Notes: generated from the letters alone by a model not told the origin. A DNA stretch of 64,000 nucleotides from Terriglobia bacterium (GCA_965206645.1 CBDBKE010000004.1:832001-896000); one strand, 5' to 3'; shown: positions 1 to 10,036, counted from the stretch's first letter. Numbers and translations are program-made.

Positions 1-510
1 TTCCATGGTGCGTGGCAGGCTCTGCAACAGGCACTGGGTCGCCAGCACGTGTTCCACTTCACTGGTGCCGATGCCGAAGGCCAGCGCGCCGAAGGCGCCA
101 TGGGTGGAGGTGTGGCTGTCGCCGCACACTAGGGTGATGCCAGGCTGGGTCAGTCCCAGCTCCGGCCCAATGATGTGCACGATGCCCTGATGACGACTGT
201 CCAGCCCGTAGTAGGTGATCCCGAACTCGCGGCAATTCTCCTCCAATTGGGCGATCTGCCGCGCCGCCATGGCGTCCACGATGGGCAGCGAGCGGTTGGT
301 GGTAGGGACGCTGTGGTCCGCCGTGGCCACGGTTCGTGCTGGCTGCCTCACGCGCACGCCACGCTCCCGCAAGCCCTGGAAGGCCTGCGGTGAGGTAACC
401 TCGTGGACCAGGTGCAGGTCAATGTAGAGCAGCGCCGGGCAGTCGGGCTCCTGGAAGACGACGTGACTCTTCCAAATCTTGTCAAACAGCGTCCGTGGTT
501 GTGCCACCAT
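1..510 (-). CDS. leuC: 3-isopropylmalate dehydratase large subunit, N-terminal part (runs off the window)
   Basis: Minus-strand translation from ATG at 510: [18 protein letters not shown]...[18 protein letters not shown]...DHSVPT...[48 protein letters not shown], which are LeuC motifs. Confidence 0.95.
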   Translation of the reverse strand, partial: MVAQPRTLFDKIWKSHVVFQEPDCPALLYIDLHLVHEVTSPQAFQGLRERGVRVRQPARTVATADHSVPTTNRSLPIVDAMAARQIAQLEENCREFGITYYGLDSRHQGIVHIIGPELGLTQPGITLVCGDSHTSTHGAFGALAFGIGTSEVEHVLATQCLLQSLPRTME

Positions 511-603
511 CGTCAAGGGATTCGTCAAATCGGCCTGGGATTAGGACCTGCAACCAGACTGCATGTATGATCTCAACTCGCAAACCAAAATTCGCAATCC
601 TCT

Positions 604-642
604 TGGTGGGCCCGTTCGGATTCGAACCGGTGACCGGATTAT
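604..642 (-). repeat. Degenerate copy of the 3' half of tRNA-Ile2 (att site of the island)
   Basis: TGGTGGGCCCGttcGGATTCGAACCggtGACC---GGATTAT aligns with 10037-10078 TGGTGGGCCCGgctGGATTCGAACCagcGACCaacGGATTAT. Confidence 0.85.
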
Positions 643-1022
643 AAATTCTTGCCCAGCCAAGTGCGACCACTAGCTATGACGATCTACTGGTCATACAACC
701 AACAGGTTACCACGGCATCAAAGTTGCGAACAACACCTAGGGACTGTGGGTGGTGCGCTATAGGCGTACTACCGGACTATGTTCCCACCTTTAGGTAGAG
801 TCGCCAATTAAGGGTTGGGCGACGCCGTTCCACTATTTGCTGAGAGATTTGACGCTCTGCCATCCTGTCCTGATCTCCCCCTATCGGGCGCGCGCCTTCT
901 AGTGCAAAGGTACCAAGCAAAATGTAACTGCTAGCCTATTGGCTGCTTGAGGCTGTGACCTGACCGGCACTTTTTGTACCAAGTGGAAAGAGAGAGAATC
1001 CACTTGAGAAGGAAGTGAGGTC

Positions 1023-1301
1023 ATGCCGACAAGGAGTTACAAGCCGGAGCAGATTGTAGCGGTGCTACGGCAGATAGAAGTGCAGATGGGAAACGGGAAG
1101 ACTGCGCCCCAAGCCTGCAAAGAAGCTGGAATCCACACCCAAACCTACTACCGGTGGCGGAAGGAATACGGCGGGCTGAAGGTGGTGCAGGCAAAACGGC
1201 TGAAGGAGTTGGAGAAGGAAAACACGCGGCTGAAGCGGTTGGTAGCGGAGCTTTCTCTGGAGAAGCAGGTGCTGCGGGATGTGGCACAGGGAAACTTCTG
1301 A
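1023..1301 (+). CDS. IS3 transposase OrfA (HTH)
   Basis: QTYYRWRKEYGGL...RLKELEKENTRLKRLVAELSL; ends just after the G GGA AAC slippery heptamer (1289-1295). Confidence 0.92.
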   Translation: MPTRSYKPEQIVAVLRQIEVQMGNGKTAPQACKEAGIHTQTYYRWRKEYGGLKVVQAKRLKELEKENTRLKRLVAELSLEKQVLRDVAQGNF

Positions 1302-2167
1302 GCCCTGAGCGGCGGCGTTGTGCGGTGGAGCGTGCGTGGGAGCAACACGGGTTGTCGGAACGGCATGCCTGCCGGCTGCTGGGGCAATGGCGAGGGACAC
1401 AACGATACGAGCCGATTCATCGGGTGGACGAGGATGCTCTGACCCGAGCGATCATTGCCCTGGGAGCGAACTACGGGCGATATGGCTACCGGAGGATCAC
1501 AGCGTTGCTGCGGAGTGCGGGCTGGGAAGTGGGCAAGGACCGGGTGCAGCGGATTTGGCGGCGGGAAGGGCTGAAAGTGCCGCAAAAACAAAGGCCGCGA
1601 GGACGGCTGTGGCTGAACGACGGTTCCTGTGTACGACTGAGGCCGGAGCGACCGAACCACGTGTGGAGCTACGACTTCATGAGTGCCAGAACGCACGAGG
1701 GGAGAACGCTGCGGCTGCTGACCTTGCTGGATGAGTACACGCGGGAATACCTGGCGATCCGGGTGGAGCGGAGGATGGGCAGCCAACAAATCATTGAGGC
1801 GTTGTCGGACGTGATGTTGTGGCGAGGGATACCGGAACAGATTCGATCCGACAATGGTCCCGAGTTCATCGCCAAACAACTGCGCCAGTGGTTGGCAAAT
1901 CTAGGGACCGGGACACTGTACATCGAACCGGGCAGTCCCTGGGAGAACGGGTACTGCGAGAGTTTCAATGGGAAGCTGCGGGACGAATGCCTGAATGGAG
2001 AGATCTTCTACTCGTTGAAGGAGGCACAGGTGGTGATTGAACAGTGGAGGGTGCAATACAACACGGTGCGGCCGCACTCGGCGCTCGGCTATAGGCCCCC
2101 GGCGCCGGGGGCCTATAGCCCTCCCCTGCCACTGAAACCAGTTTCACAGCCCCAGGCTGCGATGTGA
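1289..2167 (+). CDS. IS3 transposase OrfB (DDE), probably joined to OrfA by a -1 frameshift
   Basis: YGYRRI, WSYDF, RSDNGPEF, PWENGYCESFNGKLRDECL motifs; lies in the -1 frame relative to OrfA. Confidence 0.92.
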   Translation, partial: GKLLSPERRRCAVERAWEQHGLSERHACRLLGQWRGTQRYEPIHRVDEDALTRAIIALGANYGRYGYRRITALLRSAGWEVGKDRVQRIWRREGLKVPQKQRPRGRLWLNDGSCVRLRPERPNHVWSYDFMSARTHEGRTLRLLTLLDEYTREYLAIRVERRMGSQQIIEALSDVMLWRGIPEQIRSDNGPEFIAKQLRQWLANLGTGTLYIEPGSPWENGYCESFNGKLRDECLNGEIFYSLKEAQVVIEQWRVQYNTVRPHSALGYRPPAPGAYSPPLPLKPVSQPQAAM

Positions 2168-2472
2168 ACTCTCACTACGGTTGGTACAAGAAATCGGTCT
2201 GGTCAGCTGCTGCGTTCACATAGACGCTGTTATGCACCTGGCGAGGACCCAGGCCACGGCAGCGCTGTTCTGCTCGGTAGCAGCGGTCGAGCGGCGCTGC
2301 CGGGAACGCCCGCGGTACGGAAGAACCGCAGGAGCCTGCCGGATTTGAATTCGGAGTGGAAGTATGCGAGGCGGAAAATCTGTGGGATATTACGTTTCCA
2401 CGCTCTCCTTGTGATGTTCTATTAGCACCCACCTTCACCGAGGGGGCCCATCAAGGAGAAAGGAAAAGGGCA

Positions 2473-2922
2473 ATGAGTGACAACTCGGAGAAGTTAGACC
2501 GCAACATTGGGATGCCGGGAAGAATGGAACCCAGCTCAATTGGATTGATGGATTCACACGTGCCTATCCACTCGCGACGGCTGCCTGACAAGCCCAAACC
2601 TGACAGGCCCAAATATGGGGGGTCCGATCGGCGTCAGCGCTATCGACTCAGGAAGGACATTAAGATCCTGGTCAAGTTCAAGGAGGTCTACCAGTCCTCG
2701 CAAGTGGGAACTGTCAAGAACCTGACCCGCACCGGAATCTTTTTCGAGGCTTTCGGCGAATACCAACCGGGAATGACAACGGACGTTGTGTTTCCCTACG
2801 ACCCCGCAGAGCCATCGCTCGAACGGCCGCAGCAGGCGGAGGTGGTACGAGTCAAACAGATCCAAGGGTCGCTGAAAAAAGGCGTCGCAATTAAACTGCT
2901 GAGCGTTTTCCGGAAACCTTGA
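2473..2922 (+). CDS. PilZ domain protein
   Basis: DRRQRYR (RxxxR) and NLTRTG ([D/N]xSxxG-like) motifs, AEVVRV...GVAIKL; purine-rich RBS upstream. Confidence 0.75.
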   Translation: MSDNSEKLDRNIGMPGRMEPSSIGLMDSHVPIHSRRLPDKPKPDRPKYGGSDRRQRYRLRKDIKILVKFKEVYQSSQVGTVKNLTRTGIFFEAFGEYQPGMTTDVVFPYDPAEPSLERPQQAEVVRVKQIQGSLKKGVAIKLLSVFRKP

Positions 2923-2996
2923 CCGTGGATTCCTAGGTATACGGCCATGATTCTCTACGCAGTTGGAGGTCGGAAATTCGGGTTAAAAGGTGGTGA

Positions 2997-3462
2997 GTGA
3001 TGATCTGTCGGACTGTAACTGCGCTCCTGTGTCTTTGCGCTGCCGCGCAGGCCGCGGCCCCGGTGGGGATACTTTCCATGGTATCAGGCAACGTGCAAAT
3101 CGTGAGAGCGGGGCAGAAGAGCCCAGTTCCAGCGCGGACCGCCGACTTGATTGCGGTCGGCGACCGCGTCCTGACCGGCAAGAGTTCTGAGGCTGCTTTC
3201 CTCTTCTGTCCCGAATCGCGCGCGGCCAAGGTGCTGGCCAATGCCGACGTCCAGTTCGAGGCGACTTCGGTGAAGGTACGCAAAGGCAAGCTCGGGAACG
3301 AGCGCAAGGTGCCTTCCTGCCGCCTGCCTGCCAATCTAACACTGGCTGGGGCCAGCCAGATGCAGTCCGCCATGATGCGTCTGCGGGCACCGATCTCGCT
3401 GCTGCGCTCTCCTTCGCGCACCAACATTGCCACCCTCCAGCCCCGGTTCCGCTGGGTTCCGG
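2997..3462 (+). pseudogene. Secreted FecR-like domain protein truncated by IS21
   Basis: Signal peptide, VSGNVQIVR...GDRVLTGKSSEA motif; the frame runs into the IS end at 3463. Confidence 0.65.
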
Positions 3463-3652
3463 TGTCAAGGGCGGAGTAAAACTAGACCACTCCGGCGGAG
3501 AGAAAGCAGACCAGTTCAGGGGTGGTGGAAGCTTTGATTTGAGAGGGAGTTGCGGGGGCGGTTGGAGCGGAGGCCTGCGACGCCCGCAGGGCGGCGCGGT
3601 TAGGCCGGAGTGGAAGCCGCCCTCGCAACTCGTCGCCCAGTATTGGGTGAGA

Positions 3653-4417
3653 TCAGGCGCGAGGCTTTCCGGAACGCCTTCGTTTGCTGTCCTTGAGCCG
3701 GTAACTTTCCCCGTTCATCTCCAGGATGTGGACATGGTGGGTGAGACGATCCAGCAGGGCTCCGGTCAGCCGCTCCGATCCGAAGGCCTCCGTCCATTCG
3801 TTGAACGGCAGGTTGCTGGGCACCACGGTGGCGCTGCGTTCGTAGCGCCGGCTGAAGACCTCAAACAGCAACTCCGCCCCAGTCTTGGATAGCGGCACGA
3901 AACCCAGCTCGTCAATGATCAACAGCTCGAAACTGGAGAGCATCTTCTGGAACCGCATCAGGCGCCGCTCGTCCTTGGCCTCGATCAGCTCATGCGCCAG
4001 GGAGGCCGCCGTAGTGAACCGGACCCGGAACCCTTTCTGACAGGCGGCCAGTCCCAGCGCCAACGCAATGTGGGTTTTTCCCGTGCCCGAGTTCCCTAAA
4101 GCCAGGATGTTCTCCTTGCGTTCGATGAACTCGCCTCGGGCCAGCTCGAGCACCAAGGCCTTATTCAGCGACGGAAGGGCCAGGAAATCGAAACTGTCGA
4201 GGCTCTTCACCACGTCGAACCTGGCTTGGTGAATGCGCCGCTCGGTGGCGCGCCGTTCCCGGTCCAGCAGCTCCAGCTCCGTCAACCGCAGCAGGTAGCG
4301 CGGGAAGTCCACGCCCTCGGCAGCGCACTGCTGCGCCACCTTGTCGTACTCACGCAAAAAGGTGGGTAATTGCAGGGCCTTCAGATGGTGTTCCAGCAAC
4401 ACCTGGGGCGTGTCCAT
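3653..4417 (-). CDS. istB: IS21 helper ATPase IstB (this copy has PSN instead of TSN)
   Basis: Walker A GNSGTGKT, Walker B LLIIDELG, LLDRLTHH. Confidence 0.93.
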   Translation of the reverse strand: MDTPQVLLEHHLKALQLPTFLREYDKVAQQCAAEGVDFPRYLLRLTELELLDRERRATERRIHQARFDVVKSLDSFDFLALPSLNKALVLELARGEFIERKENILALGNSGTGKTHIALALGLAACQKGFRVRFTTAASLAHELIEAKDERRLMRFQKMLSSFELLIIDELGFVPLSKTGAELLFEVFSRRYERSATVVPSNLPFNEWTEAFGSERLTGALLDRLTHHVHILEMNGESYRLKDSKRRRSGKPRA

Positions 4418-5916
4418 CAGCAGACTCCTTCCCGGAGCAGGGTCAGATAGTCGGCGGCGGCTGTGGTGGCCACCTGCGTCGCCGGCAGGTGCGGATAGTG
4501 CTCCAGGTCCAGCCGCGCCGGCCGCTGCTCGATCCGGCCCAGCAGCAGATGCTTGACCGCGTCAGACCAGATCGCCCCCAGCCGCAAGGCGTCCTCGACG
4601 GCCAGCGACACTTCCGTCCAACGGAACGTCTCCAGCCGTCGCAGGACCTGCACATACTCCCGCTTGCCCTTCTTGCCTAACCGCGCCTCCATCAGCCGCC
4701 GCAGTTGCGCGAAGCCTTCCGGCAACTCCCAGCCGGCCAGGGGGGCGGCCTGGTTCAACGCGTTCGGCTTCTGCTCCAGCAGCGCCAGATAGTGCAACGG
4801 ATCGAAGATCATCTCTTCCCGTTCCTAGCTCCGGACATGGCGTGCGATCACTTCGCTCGCTGCACAGATCACCACTTCCTCGACGAATCCCTTCACCAGC
4901 ACCTCCCGGTGCCCCCAAGCCACCGGCACCGAATAGTCGTTGGATCGATACCGCACCAGCGACAGTGACGTCACCCGTGTGGTCCGTTTGTCGCAGGCCT
5001 CATAGGGCGTCGCCGGCAGGGGCAGCAGCCTCTGTTGATCCTTCGCGAACCGCTCGCCGATCGTCTCTTGATGTCCTCGCAGACGCCGCTCTCGCCGCCG
5101 GGTGCACTGTTCCCGCAGCTTCGCGTGCAACTCCTCCCAGCTGGCACACCGCGGCACCGGCACCAGGAAGTTCCGCCGCACGTAACCCACTAGTCCTTCC
5201 ACTTTCCCTTTGTCATTGCCCTTGCCCGGTCGTCCGAACTTCTCCGCAAACAGGTAGTGACTCTGCAGTTCGGAGAACGCCCGCGTCTTGTTCCGTGTTC
5301 CGTCACCCAGGATCTGCCTCACCGCCAGCTTGGTGTTGTCGTACAGGATCGTGCGAGGCACTCCGCCGAAGTAGCCGAACGCCTGGTTGTGCCCTTCTAA
5401 GAACGCTTCGGTCGTCTCAGCCGGAAACGCCATCACGAAGCAGTCGTCCGATTGCGGCAGCTCCATCACGAAATAGTGCGCCTTGCGCTCCACCCCGCCG
5501 ATCACCACTTGCGCTTCGCCAAAGTCGGCCTGGGCCTCCCCCGGTGGATGCTCCAGCGGCACGAACATCTCCCGCTGGCTCAGCTTCCGCAGCCGCACGT
5601 AGTCCTTCACGATGGTGTAGCCGCCCGGGAATCCGTGCTCCTCCCGCAGCCGCTCAAAAACCCGCTTGGCCGTGTGGCGTTGCTTCTTGCTCTGGGCCTT
5701 ATCTTGCTCCAGGATCTGGTCGATGATCCCCACCCAGGCATCCAGCTTCGGCCGCCGCGCCGGCTGCTGCCGCCGATAGCCCGGAGGGATCGAGTACCGC
5801 AGCATCTTGCGGACCGTCTCGCGGGCTAGCCCGAACTGCCGCGCCGCCTCCCGTTCACTGATCCCCTCAGCCTGAACTGCTCGTCGAACACGCGCATAGA
5901 GTTCCACTGTGTGCAC
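4417..5916 (-). CDS. istA: IS21 transposase IstA interrupted by an in-frame TAG at 4825-4827 (363 aa plus a 131-135 aa tail)
   Basis: QADFG, YDN and KGKVE catalytic motifs; reads HVRS*EREEMIFDPLHYL in one frame. Confidence 0.88.
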
Positions 5917-6049
5917 ACCTCCGGTGTTTCACGAAACACATCAGAATCACAATGTTTGATGGAATCGAACTGCGCTGGTCTAATTTTGCACCGCCAGAAA
6001 CCGCCGCTTACGCGGCGCTCCCTGGTCTATTATTGCTCCGGCGTTCATA

Positions 6050-6852
6050 ATCGCCAGGCATTCTCGCGTGTATTCATCGATCAGCGTCAATAACCGCAAC
6101 GTTTTCCCCTCATGCGTTCTGGCACTCACGAAGTCATAGCTCCAAACATGATTCGCTCGTTCCGGCCGCAGCCGCACACAGGAACCGTCATTCAGCCACA
6201 ATCGTCCCCGGAGTCTTTGCTTTTGCGGCACTTTCAGCCCCTCCCGCCGCCAGATCCGCTGCACCCGATCCTTGCCCACTGGCCAGCCTGCACCCCGCAG
6301 CAGTGCCGCGATCCTCCGGTAGCCGTAGCGCCTGTACTGCGTCGCCAGGGCAACGATCGCTCGGGTGAGGCCATCTTCGTCCAGCACAGGATTCGGCTCG
6401 TATCGTTGTGTCCCTCGCCATTGCCCCAGCAGCCGGCAGCCATGCCGTTCCGACAACCCGTGTTGCTCCCGCGCACGCTCTACCGCACAACGCCGCCGCT
6501 CAGGGCTTACAAGTTTCCCTGCGCCACATCCCGCAAAACCTGCTTCTCCAGGGAAAGCTCGGCCACCAACCGCTTGAGCCGAGAGTTCTCCTTCTCGAGT
6601 TCCTTCAGCCGCTTCGCTTGGTCTAGCTTCAGCCCGCCAAACTCCTTCCGCCAGCGATAGTAGGTCTGCACCGTGAGCTGAGCATCCCGGCAGGCTTGCG
6701 GCGTGGTCTTCCCGTTGGCAGTCTCCACTTCGATCTGCCGGAGGAGGTTTACAACCTGCTCCGGCTTATACCTCTTCGTCGACATGATCGCGGCTCCTTC
6801 TCAGGTGAATTCTCTCTCATTTCACCTGGTACAAAAAACCCCGGTCACGTCA
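6050..6852 (-). mobile_element. Second IS3/IS407-like element, 3' part lost at the IS21 junction
   Basis: IRL TGACGTGACCGGGGTTTTTTGTACCAGG starting at 6852; OrfA 6507-6785; OrfB breaks off after DEYTRECLAI. Confidence 0.9.
6507..6785 (-). CDS. IS3 transposase OrfA
   Basis: Paralogue of 1023-1301 with the same GGGAAAC slippery site. Confidence 0.9.
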   Translation of the reverse strand: MSTKRYKPEQVVNLLRQIEVETANGKTTPQACRDAQLTVQTYYRWRKEFGGLKLDQAKRLKELEKENSRLKRLVAELSLEKQVLRDVAQGNL

Positions 6853-6966
6853 ATGTTCTGCTCCAATGTTCGTGTGGTTCTTGGTTGCGTCCATCACCCG
6901 ACGCAGAATCGTGATGGTGAGCCAACAAGGCAGCTTCCACCTGTTCCCAGGCGTTGGGCTTGACGC

Positions 6967-7380
6967 TCATTTTTGGACCCGTTTCCACTTGTAGTCCGAT
7001 TGAGACCAAATCCTGATAAGGAGGGTCTGGGTGGGATACCACTCTGAGCAGGGGGATATGTGGTAGTCCAGCTTATTGGCTGAGCAGAGATCAGCCAACT
7101 CCCGGATGTCGTCAGACTCTAGTCCGTAGGGCTCGAGGGTAAGGCTGTCCTGCCACCTGCCCGGGTGATCAAACCACGGGCGGTCAAAAGGGACCTCAGC
7201 GTTCTTGGTATTGAGAAGCCGACGGAACCAGTCAGGTTTACGGCCATACTGAATGTCCTCTGGCATCACAAGGTGCCGGGTCCCATGTTTCGACTTAACC
7301 TCGCCGATTAACTTGAGCCCGCCCGATTGTGTAGCGGGTTTGTCTTGGTTTAGAGTAGACATAAGAAAACCTCCTCCCAT
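6967..7380 (-). CDS. Hypothetical protein (island)
   Basis: 130-137 aa ORF; GGAGGAGG RBS before MSTLNQ; same orientation as the excisionase-like gene. Confidence 0.55.
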   Translation of the reverse strand: MGGGFLMSTLNQDKPATQSGGLKLIGEVKSKHGTRHLVMPEDIQYGRKPDWFRRLLNTKNAEVPFDRPWFDHPGRWQDSLTLEPYGLESDDIRELADLCSANKLDYHISPCSEWYPTQTLLIRIWSQSDYKWKRVQK

Positions 7381-7504
7381 TGAGTTGTGCCCGCTGAGTG
7401 AGGTCAGCGAGTTTTTCGTTACGGCGCTCAGCTACCCGCCAAGCGCGGGATCCGATTCGGGCGGGAGCAGAACAATTTCTCCTCCCCTAGGTGCTTTTTC
7501 CTCG

Positions 7505-7702
7505 TCACCGTAGCTTCCTGACCGGACGAAGGCCGGACTCGACAAGCCTCTGGACTTCGGCGGCTGGGATTCGGACCAAGCGGCCCAGTTTTACGGATGT
7601 GATTTTTCGCTCCAGCAACCACCGCCGAACCCCCGGCTCCTTCATGCCCAGCGTCTCAGCGAATTCCTTGACCGTGAGCAGTCGTTCTCGAAGCTCCTTC
7701 AT
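7505..7702 (-). CDS. Excisionase-like helix-turn-helix protein
   Basis: LLTVKEFAETLG...VRRW...KLGRLVRIP; GGAGG RBS. Confidence 0.85.
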   Translation of the reverse strand: MKELRERLLTVKEFAETLGMKEPGVRRWLLERKITSVKLGRLVRIPAAEVQRLVESGLRPVRKLR

Positions 7703-7816
7703 GCTTTTTCCTCCGCACGACTAATGATTCACGAGCGGCTCGTACCAGTCAAAAAAGGAAGAAACTGGAGCAATTCTTCCCGGAGGAGTAAATGGGCTGA
7801 TTTTTTCCGGGGGGGG

Positions 7817-8389
7817 CTATTCCAAGCTGTGCTTCCTGAGAAGCAGCTTGAGGTGGCGGACTTGCCTCTGTATCCGGCCGGAGCACTTCTCTTCGTGCTG
7901 GGCAGCGCCGCAGTCGCAGTACTTCTGAGCTAGCCTCATCCAACTCCACTTTTGGGGGTTGGTGAGGTGCAATTCATAGCAATGAACGGCGACAAGGCGC
8001 TTCGTGATCGGGCGTCCCCGAGGTCTGTTTTGAGACTTTTTGGCCAAGTCCAGGGCTTCGGAGGCGGACCAGCCCGCTTGGGCTGCGCGATTGGCGATTT
8101 CGATTGTTTCCAAGTCAGGCCGCGGCTTAGCGGGTGGGCAAAACCAGCTAGCCAGTTCAGCGAGTTCCTTTGCCAATCGGTAGACTTCCGGTGCAAGAGT
8201 AACTCCCTCTTCTCCTGTTTTACTCTTCGCCTTCTCAACCAATTGGCGGAGTTGCTCGAACGTCTGGCAGTAGCCTACCTGAAGAGCAGAGTGCACGGGC
8301 TGCCCGGGCAACGGAGGAAACAAAGGGAGAAGCCCTTTCGCCCGTTTCGCTGAGGCCCGAGCCCGCGGCCCCTTTTTCGACATCGCCAC
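7817..8389 (-). CDS. Hypothetical basic protein with AT-hook-like RPRGRP
   Basis: 190 aa ORF divergent from the integrase operon; GGAGG RBS. Confidence 0.55.
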   Translation of the reverse strand: MAMSKKGPRARASAKRAKGLLPLFPPLPGQPVHSALQVGYCQTFEQLRQLVEKAKSKTGEEGVTLAPEVYRLAKELAELASWFCPPAKPRPDLETIEIANRAAQAGWSASEALDLAKKSQNRPRGRPITKRLVAVHCYELHLTNPQKWSWMRLAQKYCDCGAAQHEEKCSGRIQRQVRHLKLLLRKHSLE

Positions 8390-8508
8390 CTCCCACGTGG
8401 CCCCCAGTTTTGATTGGGGCGCGGCAGGCTGGCCGGGAGCGCCAACTTTTCGGGAGCGACCCTATCCGCGCTTTGTTCAGCCCTCATTCTAGCAGCTGAG
8501 CACGGAGG

Positions 8509-8538
8509 TTGACAAGCAAACTTAACGTTAAGTAAAAT
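8509..8538 (+). promoter_or_regulatory. Sigma70-type promoter with a 14-bp palindrome in the spacer
   Basis: TTGACA-N18-TAAAAT; ACTTAACGTTAAGT at 8520-8533. Confidence 0.7.
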
Positions 8539-8544
8539 CCTGAG

Positions 8545-8718
8545 ATGGGGAAGAAGTCTAAGCCCATCACGGTTGCTGAAGCCGGGCGCCGGGGCGGCAC
8601 GGCACGGGCAAAGAAGTATTCCCGCCAACAGCTCCGGGAGTGGGCGCGTCTGGGCGGCCGGCCCAAGGGCCTGCCCCGGAAGTCGGGCAAGCGTGCAAAA
8701 AAAGCGAGGCAGAGATGA
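8545..8718 (+). CDS. 57-aa basic KGG-like small protein (not in the ORF track)
   Basis: MGKKSKPITVAEAGRRGGTARAKKYSRQQLREWARLGGRPKGLPRKSGKRAKKARQR; its stop overlaps the integrase start (ATGA). Confidence 0.7.
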   Translation: MGKKSKPITVAEAGRRGGTARAKKYSRQQLREWARLGGRPKGLPRKSGKRAKKARQR

Positions 8719-9951
8719 GTCTCTACAGGCGTGGCAATGTGTGGTGGTACAAGTTCCGCTTCTACGGACAGCTTATCCGGGACTCGGCAAAGACAAACTC
8801 CAAGACTTTGGCGCGGGACGCGGAGAGGGCACGGCGGCGGGAGTTGGAAACGGCGGTCAACCGCATCCCTCGCCGGGAGCGGATGCCCCTCTTTAAGGTG
8901 GGCGCGCGGGAATGGCTCCAGACGAAAGGCGCGCTGGCGGAAAAGAGCTTGGTTCGTTATAAGGGGTGCGTGCAAAACCTAACTGACCACTTCGGAGGTC
9001 GGCTTGTGTGCGACATCGGTCCCCAGGATATCGCTAACTACCAGCGCAAGAGGCTCACCGCTGACAAGTCGCACCGCACCGTCAACTATGAGGTTGGGAC
9101 GCTGCGTGGCATCATGAAGCACTTTGGGCTGTGGGGTCCTATATCGGATAGGGTTAATAGTCTGCCCGAGCGCCACGACGTGGGGCGTGCAATCTCCTTT
9201 GAGGATGAAGAAAAGCTGATTGTTGCAGCCCAGCAGAGCCGCTCAGCTGCGTTGCTTCCGCTGTTGGCCCTCTCTTTGGATTCTGGTCTACGGGCGTCAG
9301 AGGTTCGGGCCCTGCACCGTCGAGATTTGAACTTAGTTTGGCAGGCAGGGGTCATCACCAGCGCTGAGATTGTGGTGCCCAAGTCGAAGACGGACGCAGG
9401 CACTGGCCGCGTGATTCCGCTCACCCGGCGCGCCTGTGCACCGTCGAGATTTGAACTTAGTTTGGCAGGCAGGGGTCATCACCAGCGCTGAGATTGTGGT
9501 GCCCAAGTCGAAGACGGACGCAGGCACTGGCCGCGTGATTCCGCTCACCCGGCGCGCCTGTGCAGTGTTGACAATGTGGTTGTCGCGCTTTCCCAGTGCC
9601 GATCCAGAAAGCTACGTCTTCCCGTGGCACCGAGTAGGACTGAGCGGGAACGGGCGAACACCAGCGATTTCTGGTGTCGACCTGAGCCGCCCAATGGGCT
9701 CCTGGAAGACGGCCTGCAAGAAGGCCGGGGTGAAGTACCGCTGGCACGACAGTCGTCACACGTTCGTTTCCCGACTGGCCGAGAATCCCACCGTAAGTGA
9801 AGAGACGATTCGAGCGCTTGCTGCTCACGTTAGTCAGCGTATGCTCCAACGCTACTCTCATATTCGCCTCCAGGCTAAGCGGGCGGCCATAGAGTCGCTG
9901 GGAAGAGCTACAGCCCTTCAGCCTATCCAGCCGGAAGCGAAGGCCAGCTAG
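8715..9951 (+). pseudogene. Tyrosine integrase frameshifted by a 124-bp tandem duplication
   Basis: N-terminus YRRGNVWWYKFRFYG; catalytic motifs GLRASE, KSKT, HDSRH, AHVS, RYSH; removing one repeat unit gives a 370-aa ORF. Confidence 0.9.
9313..9564 (+). repeat. Perfect 124-bp tandem duplication with TGCA microhomology
   Basis: TGCACCGTCGAGATTTG... starts at 9313 and 9437; third TGCA at 9561. Confidence 0.95.
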
Positions 9952-9969
9952 CCCCGGATTAGGTAAGGG

Positions 9970-9989
9970 TGGGCACAAAATTGGGCACA
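9970..9989 (+). repeat. Putative integrase arm-type direct repeats
   Basis: TGGGCACA at 9970 and 9982, between the integrase stop and the tRNA 3' end. Confidence 0.45.
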
Positions 9990-10036
9990 GTCAAGCGGGC
10001 ATGGGAAAGGGATTGCCGCCAACTGCTTGAGAGCGT

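Larger units (their letters stand above)
956..2205 (+). mobile_element. IS3 family (IS407-like) insertion sequence, complete
   Basis: IRL TGACCTGACCGGCACTTTTTGTACCAA; reverse-complemented IRR TGACCAGACCGATTTCTTGTACCAA; 4-bp target duplication GCTG at 952-955 and 2206-2209. Confidence 0.93.
3463..6049 (-). mobile_element. IS21 family element, copy 1 (2587 bp, no target duplication)
   Basis: Ends TGTCAAGGGCGGAGTAAAACTAGACCA and (rc) TATGAACGCCGGAGCAATAATAGACCA; istA-istB; near-identical to 22849-25435. Confidence 0.93.

Noticed and set aside
604-642. Functional tRNA gene
   Set aside because: The 5' half is missing and the T-stem is broken; treated as an att remnant.
2206-2415. Remnant of a second PilZ-like gene (FGVEVCEAENLWDITFP)
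   Set aside because: Only a short C-terminal resemblance; I could not rebuild a frame across the IS3 insertion.
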